A stretch of 36,073 nt of DNA. It comes from a virus. Both the position numbers and the translations under genes were made by a program. The notes beneath the pieces were generated by a model, which was not told the DNA's origin, made no database searches, and worked only from the letters and a program-made list of their open reading frames with translations. The stretch covers positions 1 to 36,073 of the IMG/VR virus record IMGVR_UViG_3300045988_182789; one strand, given 5' to 3'. Positions 1 through 7,700 of the stretch are shown in pieces; the first letter of the stretch is position 1; every line of letters starts with the position of its first letter.

Positions 1-93
1 TAAAATTCATTATACCTCCTTGACTTTTTCCTGCCTCTGCTCTATAATAATAGGAACGGAGGGGCTTAGGCAGGTTGTTCGCCCCTCTTCCCT
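1..93. repeat. Left terminal inverted repeat
   Basis: nt 1-79 are the exact reverse complement of 35995-36073. Similarity continues to nt 93, with mismatches at 80, 88 and 89. Confidence 0.95.
20..48 (+). promoter_or_regulatory. Inward-facing sigma70/sigmaA-type promoter inside the left repeat
   Basis: TTGACT (20-25), 17-nt spacer, TATAAT (43-48). Confidence 0.6.
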
Positions 94-146
94 TATCGCC
101 GTCCTACGCTTTTTGCATTTCCGTCGGACGGCTTTTCTTTTTTACC
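55..146 (+). ncRNA. Putative ~90-nt small RNA (promoter, 5' hairpin, intrinsic terminator)
   Basis: Predicted start ~55 after the 20-48 promoter. Hairpin GAGGGGC(59-65)/GCCCCTC(81-87). Second stem GCCGTCC(98-104)/GGACGGC(126-132) followed by TTTTCTTTTTT. No credible ORF. Confidence 0.3.
98..146 (+). terminator. Rho-independent terminator candidate
   Basis: 7-bp GC-rich stem (98-104 / 126-132), 21-nt loop, T-run 133-143. The T-run is present only on the + strand. Confidence 0.4.
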
Positions 147-157
147 TTTTTACCTTT

Positions 158-271
158 TTACGTTTTTGCTAAATATGTAAGCATCTCAATGATTTCCTTA
201 TCCGTCCAACCTTTTGTGGTCAGATACTCGATTATCCGTTCGAGCGTCTTGTCTTGCATTTCTTCGTCCAT
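158..271 (-). CDS. Small hypothetical protein (37 aa, MDEEMQDKTLERIIEYLTTKGWTDKEIIEMLTYLAKT)
   Basis: ATG at 271, TAA at 158-160, purine-rich AGGTAAAGGA upstream. Below the 60-aa cut-off of the ORF track; translated by hand. Confidence 0.3.
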   Translation of the reverse strand: MDEEMQDKTLERIIEYLTTKGWTDKEIIEMLTYLAKT

Positions 272-369
272 TCCTTTACCTGCCTTTTTATATTAGTTAG
301 CCATTTCGTCTAACTTAATCATATTTTATCACACATTTTGTCTATTGTCAACTATTTTTAGCCATTTTG

Positions 370-398
370 TTGAATTTATTTGCACTTTATGTTAAAAT
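370..398 (+). promoter_or_regulatory. Promoter of the XRE gene
   Basis: TTGAAT (370-375), 17 nt, TAAAAT (393-398). AAGGTGA ribosome-binding site before ATG 417. Confidence 0.5.
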
Positions 399-416
399 GT
401 TTTAAGGTGAAATATC

Positions 417-806
417 ATGAAAACTTTGAAACCATTAAGAAAAGCACTGAAACAAACACAAACGGATATAGCTAAATATTTAGGTATTACTGTATCTGCT
501 TACGGCAATTACGAATTAGGGCAACGCGAACCCGATATAGCCACACTCAACAAGCTTGCCGACTATTTCGACGTTTCCGTTGATTATCTATTAGGCAGGA
601 CTGAAATCCCCAATGCTTACGAAAATATTGTTAATACGCATATAAAAAATAAGTCTGCCGATTTTATTTCGACAGACTTACCCACTGCTATAGCTGAAAG
701 AATGCGCTCTCATAATTTATCTTTAGAAAAATTTAAAAATTTAACTCCTCAGCAAACTGACGATTTACTTAATATTATCGAGATATTTCTCAATAATCTC
801 AAGTAG
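417..806 (+). CDS. XRE-family helix-turn-helix transcriptional regulator (129 aa) with a C-terminal extension
   Basis: N-terminal pattern QTDIAKYLGITVSAYGNYELGQREPDIATLNKLADYFDVSVDYLLGR is a classic Cro/CI-type HTH. Confidence 0.85.
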   Translation: MKTLKPLRKALKQTQTDIAKYLGITVSAYGNYELGQREPDIATLNKLADYFDVSVDYLLGRTEIPNAYENIVNTHIKNKSADFISTDLPTAIAERMRSHNLSLEKFKNLTPQQTDDLLNIIEIFLNNLK

Positions 807-872
807 CTTTTCTCCATCCTCGTACTCTAAGTCTTCCAACAATGCCGCAATAAAATAATAGAGAAAATCCAT
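765..872 (-). CDS. 35-aa ORF, truncated paralogue of the 35721-35927 protein, antisense to the 3' end of the XRE gene
   Basis: MDFLYYFIAALLEDLEYEDGEKLLEIIEKYLDNIK aligns with EFLYYFIAALLQEMPYEAGEKLLDTVENYLDTI (about 23/35 identical). Strong AAAGGAGGAAAA ribosome-binding site and its own promoter at 925-953. Confidence 0.35.
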   Translation of the reverse strand: MDFLYYFIAALLEDLEYEDGEKLLEIIEKYLDNIK

Positions 873-924
873 TTTTCCTCCTTTTATACTTTATTCACTT
901 TAATAGCTATCGAGGTGTATTTAC

Positions 925-953
925 ATTATACAATATATTTCGTCAAATTCCAA
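925..953 (-). promoter_or_regulatory. Minus-strand promoter reading into the 35-aa ORF and antisense through the XRE gene
   Basis: On the minus strand: TTGGAA (953-948), 17 nt, TATAAT (930-925). Confidence 0.45.
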
Positions 954-1186
954 CTGATAGAGTAAAATTTTTACATTTTTTTCTTGCAATTTTATCAAAA
1001 ATTTTATATTGAATCAAAAATTGAATACTTTATACGATTTTTAAAAATTTATTAAAAGTACCCTATCTAGCAATTATAAAAAATAATTTTATTTAAAAAG
1101 AAAAAACTCTCTTGGTAAGTCATCTATTTGTTTAGAAAAATTTAAAACAAAAATAACCCACTTCGGGGGTGTTAAGGATAAATTAA

Positions 1187-1981
1187 ATGTTTAGTGACAA
1201 GCGAAGATACAGACTTTATATAGACGAAAGCGGAAATTCTGATTTAGGACATTGCGACAATCCCAATCATCGTTATTTAAGTTTATGCGGTGTTATTATT
1301 GAATTAGACTATGTTCAAGATTTTCTTAATGAAGATATGAATATATTTAAAACAGCATTTTTAGGAAAACCTATTGATAAACCGATAGTATTACATAGAA
1401 GCGACATAATAAACCAACGGAATCAATTTCGTGTTTTAAAAAATGATAAAATACGTTATGCTTTCAATGATGAACTAAAAAGACTACTTTCAACTTGGGA
1501 TTTTTCAGTTTTAAGCGTTCTAATAGATAAAAAAGCTTTCATAGAAAAATACTTTAGTTGGCGTGAAAATCCATATCATTACTGTTTAATGGTAATGTTA
1601 GAAAGATATTGTCATTTTCTAAAATCTCATTACGGAGTAGGAGATGTTTTAATAGAATCTCGCACCAAAGAAGATGATAAATATTTATCAGATTATTATA
1701 GTCAACTATACAAACATGGAACAAACTTCATGGACGCCGATATTTTTCAAGAAGCACTAACATCAAAAGAAATTAAAATACGTAAAAAATATGAAAATAT
1801 TGCAGGTTTACAAATTGCTGATTTAATTGCACTACCTATCAGAAATAGAATTCTAGAAAAATACCGTTTTCTTTCTTTTGATAAAGAAAATTATGGAAAA
1901 TCAATTTTTGAAACTATAAAACCTAAAATTTATTCCGAATACAACAAAATTTGGGGATGGGGATTAAAATTCTTACCATGA
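1187..1981 (+). CDS. DUF3800-like protein (264 aa)
   Basis: N-terminal RYRLYIDESGNSD motif and a length typical of DUF3800. The gene and its 315-nt upstream spacer are visibly more AT-rich than the rest of the window. Confidence 0.55.
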   Translation: MFSDKRRYRLYIDESGNSDLGHCDNPNHRYLSLCGVIIELDYVQDFLNEDMNIFKTAFLGKPIDKPIVLHRSDIINQRNQFRVLKNDKIRYAFNDELKRLLSTWDFSVLSVLIDKKAFIEKYFSWRENPYHYCLMVMLERYCHFLKSHYGVGDVLIESRTKEDDKYLSDYYSQLYKHGTNFMDADIFQEALTSKEIKIRKKYENIAGLQIADLIALPIRNRILEKYRFLSFDKENYGKSIFETIKPKIYSEYNKIWGWGLKFLP

Positions 1982-2071
1982 AAAAAGGCTTGCAAAACGC
2001 AAGCCCGATGGACAAACCATCTGCCTCCAAGCTATTGGATTACTTGTATTATATGCGATAATTTACCGTTT

Positions 2072-2112
2072 GTCAACCCCTTGTTGACTTTTTTCCAAAA
2101 TCTTATTAAATA
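2072..2112 (+). promoter_or_regulatory. Inverted repeat plus candidate integrase promoter (possible operator or attP-proximal site)
   Basis: GTCAAC(2072-2077)-CCCTT-GTTGAC(2083-2088), overlapping TTGACT (2084-2089), 17 nt, TAAATA (2107-2112). Confidence 0.3.
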
Positions 2113-2139
2113 ATACTCTCTAAAAGAAGGTGATAATGT

Positions 2140-3573
2140 ATGTCGATTATTAAAGCAGCTCTTTACGTCAGAGTTAGCACGATGGAACAGGTGACCGACG
2201 GATATTCCATAGGCGAGCAAAAGGATAAATTACTGCACTACGCAAGCGCGCAAGGGTATGCTGTCGTCGATACGTATTCCGACGAGGGCTTTTCCGGCAA
2301 AGATTTATTACGCCCGAATATGGAGCGAATGCTGAACGATATTCAGCACGGCAGGATAAATACCGTGCTGGTATATAAGCTTGACCGTCTTTCACGCCAT
2401 GTCAAGGACGTATTAGAACTTGTCGAAACCTTTGATAAATGTAACGTAACTCTTTATTCGCTTTCGGAAAACTTCGATCTAGCCTCTCCTTTCGGCCGCG
2501 CGGCATTAAAAATGATGGCTACTTTTGCCGAACTTGAGCGTGAAACTATTGTAGAGCGCATGGAAATGGGCAAAATCGCAAGGGCCAAAGAAGGCAAATA
2601 TACGTGTCCCGGGACGCGCTGCCCTTTCGGATACCGGCACGATAAGAAAAACGACCGTCTCCTCATTGAAGAATCCGAAGCCGAGATTATACGCAAGATA
2701 TTCGATTTATACGTTAATCACGGTTATACCTTCAGAAAGCTATACGATTATTGCCGCGAAGCCTATCCGGACGTTAAATATTTCAACAATCAAATGTGCT
2801 GCAAGCCTATAATCGAAAGGCCGCTGTACGCCGGCTATTTCCGTTACCGCGGCGGAGAACTCACAAAAGGGACTAATTTCGAAGCGATTATTTCTTACGA
2901 GCTTTTTCTCCAGGCGCAGGCGCAAGTTGACAGAAACCGTACTAAACGGCTTTCGGACAGCTCGCCCTATCTTTTAACCGGACTTCTGATTTGCGGAAGG
3001 TGCGGAAACCGATACGTCGGCAAAATGTATGAGCGTTACACTAAAAAGCCGGACGGTACGCACACCAAGCATTACCGTTACCGGGATTACGGTTGCGCGG
3101 CCAGACTTAAGCGCGATAAAAATTATCACCCGGCAAAATGCGACAATGATATTTACCGCGCCGAGGAGCTGGAAAAAATCGTCGAGGATTACGTACTCAA
3201 TCTGAATATTGACGATTACAACAAAGCCGACTTCTCCCCCGGCCTCATAGATAAAATGATGAGCGAAATAGGCGCGATAAAACGCTCGCAAAGCAAACTG
3301 CTTGACCTGTATCTTTCCGGCGATATCGACAAGGATACTTTTCTTATAAGAAAAATCGAATACGATTCTAAAATTGCGGAGCTGCAAAATCTGATAGAAA
3401 AAGAAACTGAATCCGTACAGTCCGCGCCGACTAACGCCGAAGCGATTAAAAAGTCTATTGCAGAATACAGTATGCTCAACCGGCGGCAAAAGCGCACGTT
3501 GCTAGAATATCTTATCAAAAATATCATAGTTGACGGCAGCAGAATCACAGTAAATTTACGGCTCAAAAAATAA
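2140..3573 (+). CDS. int: Large serine recombinase / phage integrase (477 aa)
   Basis: N-terminal resolvase domain (AALYVRVSTMEQ catalytic Ser context, VLVYKLDRLSR), Cys-rich zinc-ribbon region (CGRCGNRY...YGC) and a C-terminal coiled coil. Confidence 0.9.
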   Translation: MSIIKAALYVRVSTMEQVTDGYSIGEQKDKLLHYASAQGYAVVDTYSDEGFSGKDLLRPNMERMLNDIQHGRINTVLVYKLDRLSRHVKDVLELVETFDKCNVTLYSLSENFDLASPFGRAALKMMATFAELERETIVERMEMGKIARAKEGKYTCPGTRCPFGYRHDKKNDRLLIEESEAEIIRKIFDLYVNHGYTFRKLYDYCREAYPDVKYFNNQMCCKPIIERPLYAGYFRYRGGELTKGTNFEAIISYELFLQAQAQVDRNRTKRLSDSSPYLLTGLLICGRCGNRYVGKMYERYTKKPDGTHTKHYRYRDYGCAARLKRDKNYHPAKCDNDIYRAEELEKIVEDYVLNLNIDDYNKADFSPGLIDKMMSEIGAIKRSQSKLLDLYLSGDIDKDTFLIRKIEYDSKIAELQNLIEKETESVQSAPTNAEAIKKSIAEYSMLNRRQKRTLLEYLIKNIIVDGSRITVNLRLKK

Positions 3574-3581
3574 TTCAACCT

Positions 3582-3620
3582 AAAAAAAGAGGCTTTTTTA
3601 TAATAAAAACCTCTTTTTTT
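3582..3620. terminator. AT-rich bidirectional hairpin terminator after the integrase gene
   Basis: AAAAAAAGAGG (3582-3592) pairs with CCTCTTTTTTT (3610-3620). Confidence 0.5.
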
Positions 3621-3621
3621 C

Positions 3622-3650
3622 TTGACAAATATATTTAACGGCTCTAAAAT
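3622..3650 (+). promoter_or_regulatory. Consensus-like promoter with no adjacent ORF, reading antisense through 3739-3951 toward 4060
   Basis: TTGACA (3622-3627), 17 nt, TAAAAT (3645-3650). Confidence 0.5.
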
Positions 3651-3738
3651 AGAGGTGAAGCTCAGAAAAATTGAATAGTCCATTGGCGCAATAATGAAGT
3701 AACGCTATAAATGTTAACTTCAATAGGGCGATAAAATA

Positions 3739-3951
3739 TTATATCGGAAACATAAGCTCAATATCGAAATCCAGGCCGTTTTCCTCGGCCGAATCCCAGC
3801 AAGCTATAAGCTCAAGACACTCTACATAAGCGGTTTTCTCTCCGTAAATAAAATCGGTATCAACGACTTCTGAATCGTACAGTTCGCGCAAATGACTTTT
3901 AACCGTTTCGATAACGTACTTCAATGCTTCTTCAGCTTTCATCTTTTGCAT
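3739..3951 (-). CDS. Small acidic hypothetical protein (70 aa)
   Basis: ORF with a GGGGGA ribosome-binding site and a minus-strand TATAAT at 3988-3983. No recognisable domain. Confidence 0.6.
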   Translation of the reverse strand: MQKMKAEEALKYVIETVKSHLRELYDSEVVDTDFIYGEKTAYVECLELIACWDSAEENGLDFDIELMFPI

Positions 3952-4059
3952 AATTCAATCCCCCACTGTATGTGCTGAATAAATTATATCTTATTTATAT
4001 ATCAGGATTTTCGCCCACTAAGGGCCTAATCAAATATTTTTTACAAAGGAAGTTGAAAA

Positions 4060-4455
4060 ATGAAACACTATCAAAAGGTTAAACCGACGGAAAGACTGAT
4101 TTTAAAAGCCCTTGTCGCTAAAGAAGATAATCCCGAAATAACCGAAGCATTCAGCAGGGCTCTGGACTTTTTCGACAGCTACGACAAGGTCGAACACACG
4201 GCGCACGCGGAGGTCATGCGAAAAATTTATCTGAATAATAACTGTTATAAATACTCCGACAGCACGCACGGACTGCCGAGAAAAACCGGCGTACCAAGCA
4301 GAACGCTCTGCCGATACAGAAAAAAATACCTGTCGTATCTTTACATGTTTTATTGCCGCCTGACCGGCAACGAATACACCGACAACATTACGAGCTTTTT
4401 TATACTGTTAAAACAAAAATTCAGTAAACAAAAACACGGAGGAAAAACACAATGA
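4060..4455 (+). CDS. Hypothetical protein with a possible C-terminal HTH (131 aa)
   Basis: The GVPSRTLCRYRKKYL segment resembles sigma-region-4/resolvase-type HTH. AAAGGAAG ribosome-binding site. Its stop overlaps the next gene's start (ATGA). Confidence 0.55.
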   Translation: MKHYQKVKPTERLILKALVAKEDNPEITEAFSRALDFFDSYDKVEHTAHAEVMRKIYLNNNCYKYSDSTHGLPRKTGVPSRTLCRYRKKYLSYLYMFYCRLTGNEYTDNITSFFILLKQKFSKQKHGGKTQ

Positions 4456-4691
4456 ACAACGAAACGGATATAATCAAACAAGAGCTGCGATATGCTATAA
4501 TAAACAAGCGCGCCGAGCTCGATATTCCGCAAACAAAAATGGCCGAGCTTTTGGGAATTTCGCCGAGATGCTACGTTGATATCGAGCACGGTATCAGCAT
4601 ACCGCGCACGCAAACTTTAATTAAATTCATGTGCCTGTTTAAGGACGACGCAATGAGGCTAATTGACAAAATTATTTTCAAAGTGAACTAA
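4452..4691 (+). CDS. Small XRE-type HTH protein (79 aa)
   Basis: IPQTKMAELLGISPRCYVDIEHG HTH pattern; translationally coupled to 4060-4455. Confidence 0.7.
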   Translation: MNNETDIIKQELRYAIINKRAELDIPQTKMAELLGISPRCYVDIEHGISIPRTQTLIKFMCLFKDDAMRLIDKIIFKVN

Positions 4692-4712
4692 AAAGAATAT
4701 TAAAAATAAAAG

Positions 4713-4745
4713 CCTACGGAATTACTCCGTAGGTCTTTTTATTTT
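4713..4745. terminator. Bidirectional rho-independent terminator between convergent genes
   Basis: CCTACGGA (4713-4720), loop ATTAC, TCCGTAGG (4726-4733), then TCTTTTTATTTT. An A-run upstream serves the opposite strand. Confidence 0.8.
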
Positions 4746-7700
4746 ACGCTACAAAACTTAACAAATTCTCACGAATTGAATTATCTAAAGCCGCTTCGTT
4801 AAAATAACCGGCAACCTTGTTTTTCCCGATATCTCCCAATTTATAACCGGCAAGGAGCATTAAAAGATATTTATGCAACGACGACAACGGCAATCCGTCA
4901 ACATACGTTTCTACTTTTTTCTTACGGCTGCCGTTAATAGTATTTCCGTTGCTGTCCGTATCGGCTGTAAGCGAAGATATGTGCGCTAAATATATAAAAA
5001 TCCTATCGTCGTTAATCATATTACATATCGTTTGCTTCCTGTCCAGCTCTGCCCCGAACGCTTTATTCATTGCCAACGCATAATAGTAATCATACATTTT
5101 TACTGCCGCTTTTTCCTTTTCGTCATCTGTAAGCTGTCTATATGCGAAACCCTGCGTTAGTTTAGCAACGCGTTTGTCGTAATCGATTGAATTCAATATC
5201 TCATCCAAAACATCAAGGCCTTTTACCGCCGATTTTTGCGTCTGACTTATTAAAACCGAAACAGCTTCGCTTTGCGCGGATTTATCCTGCTGAGATAAGT
5301 CCGAATTTTCTATTTCCCTACGCTTAGCGTACATATCGCTGACTTCGCCGGCAATATCGTTTAAATATCTGTACTTAAAAGCCGCGTTTCTGTCGCCGTC
5401 GTTTTTGGCATAAGTAATCTCGTCAAGTTTGTCGTAAAACTCGCCGGAATACCTGTTAGACACAGCCGTATTGACGGTAAAATTACTCGCAATCAAGCCC
5501 CTTTCTCTTTTAGCGGTTGTCATAGGTAAAACGATGTCTCCGATAACGCCCGAATACTGATCGATAATATAATGAATCTTCTTGGGCGAATAATTTAAAG
5601 CCTTTCCCAAAGCTTTAGCTATTTCGCTTGTGCTTTCGTCATAACGATTTTCCGGCGATAAATTCTGTAGTCCCCGGCCTTCGATAACTCCGCCGTACCA
5701 AGTAGTATTTGTCGCGGCGTCCGTCAAAGGAGAAAATATTGTCCTTGTAAAATTATCAACCGGTGAAACCGCGCTTGCAGCCGATTCCAGGTATCCGTCC
5801 CAAGCGTTAGCGTTTCCTTTTGCGCTTTCCTTTCCTCTGAGATACAGAGAACCAAATACGGATAAAACCCTGCCCTTAGGCAGTTTAAGAAATTGCCCGT
5901 CGCCGATATTGAATAAATAATAATTTTCCTTATCGCGTAAAGAAACCGCTTTATAATCCTCATCGTCGCCGTTTAACAGATCGTTAAGCGCCGTAAGTCC
6001 TATACCTAAAAGCAGGCTTCTGACAATAAGCTGAATCCATTGAGAAACGTTCTTTTTGCCGAATACAGTGCGCACAAGCTTGCTCCAGCCCTGAATCGAT
6101 GGATTAAGAAACGGCATAACGGTCCTGTTAAGCATTTTAGCCGTTTTACCGCCGCGTCCGAAATTGGTGGTCACGTCGGCACTGTCCAACAGCGACTGCT
6201 CGACGCTAAGGCCTTTTTGCCGCGACAGCATATACTCCGCAAGCCTCGGAGCCTGCTCGATAAACATATTGGCATATTCCAGCTTATTAAGCGCACGCTC
6301 AGCCAAACTCTTTAAACCGGTCCCGCCGCGCTTTATGCCCGTATTATAATCAAACAAACCGCTGGACAAGCCCCCGGCAGCAAGATATTCGTTCCACATT
6401 TCCCCTTTAGTCGCAATCTGCTTATAAGCCTTAGCCAAAGACGGCAGAAACCTGCGGATACCGTGCTTTGTATAAAATAACGAGTCCTGAAGATCTCGAA
6501 AAAAGTTGCGAACCAAAAAAAACGGATTAGCCGACGTAACAAGTTTTTTGAACATCGTATTGCCTTTAGCCACAACCTCGATCAACTTATCGCGGTAAAC
6601 GGTATTGGGCGCAAAATCCTCAAAGCCTGCAAAAACTTCCGGCGTAACGTCAAGCGTAATTCTATTTCCGTCCTTATAAAACGAAATCTGATTATTCATA
6701 TCCCGCATAGTTGAATAATCAACGTCAAGCGTGTTATAAAGCTCGGCTTTAACGGGCGCGGTCAAGCGCAGTTTTTCAGTAACTTTATTTACGCGCTCAA
6801 CACCGGCCACGCGCATATCGGAATAATTCTGTCTGCTCTCAAGCGCGTCGTAAAGACTGTTTTTTAATTGATTGATTCGTCCGGCTCTTACTACCTCCAT
6901 TGTCTGACGCGCCATAATAACGTCTATGGGCATAATGTCCAGAGTAGAACCCTTTGCCGTCTTAAGCGTACTTTTTACCGCAAGATTGTATTTTCCGCTT
7001 AATCCGCCGATACCGGAGCTACCGCCTTCACGGAAAGTAGGCACGTAATGCGGATACAGTTTACGGCAGGCCGCCGCAGCTTCTGCGGTAATCAATCCCG
7101 TATCAACCCTGTACTGCAGCAGATTATCGTTGTATTTCCACACCTTAGCGGCAAGCGTCTTAAATTCCGGATATTTGATCTCTCTTTGAACGGCAAGCTG
7201 CAAAGCCTCGGCCGCGGTTAAATCTCCCAAAACCGTTTTATCAACTTTGATTCTATCCGCATGATGCTTAAGCAGCAAATAGGTATAAAATTCTTTAACG
7301 TATTCCTCACCCTTCTTATACACCGGCGAAAATATTTTTTTAAGTCCGTCGCCGACGCGTTTACCGGAAATATCCGCTTGATTTTCGTCCAGCATACTGT
7401 TAGCAGCGTTATATGCGGCGCGGACATAATTAGTCTTTGCGTCTATATCCTCAATGCCCAATTTTTTTCCGGCTTTGACAATACCCGTCTGCGCGTCCGA
7501 AAAATTTATCTGAAAATTTGTCCAAGTGTCCTTTGCCATTTCGCCATAAGACAGTTTATCGATCTTAACCTTTGTCAGGACCTCGCTGTATTTCCCCGGT
7601 TTTTGGGTTACAGACATTCCGTTGCCATAAGTTGTTATTTCGTTTTTTAACGAATTTCTTTCATCTCCGCCTTTTTCACGTAAACTGTTGACTTTTTCAG

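Noticed and set aside
1-79. The terminal repeat as a pure assembler k-mer artefact (the perfect part is exactly 79 nt, a k value used by some assemblers)
   Set aside because: Similarity continues past the perfect block (positions 81-87 and 90-93 match, with mismatches at 80, 88 and 89). A k-mer overlap would not produce this. The repeat also contains coherent promoter and hairpin signals that are reused at 35949-35977. It is not fully excluded without reads.
75-296. 73-aa + strand ORF from the track
   Set aside because: The sequence is low complexity (F/L/S/P-rich). It runs through the hairpin and terminator and is antisense to a better small ORF (158-271). It has no ribosome-binding site.
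2140-3573. The serine recombinase acting as an invertase or telomere resolvase responsible for the terminal repeats
   Set aside because: Its size and zinc-ribbon/coiled-coil C-terminus fit an ordinary large serine integrase. No known serine recombinase forms hairpin ends, and nothing in the sequence specifically supports this. It is noted only as a remote possibility under the TIR finding.
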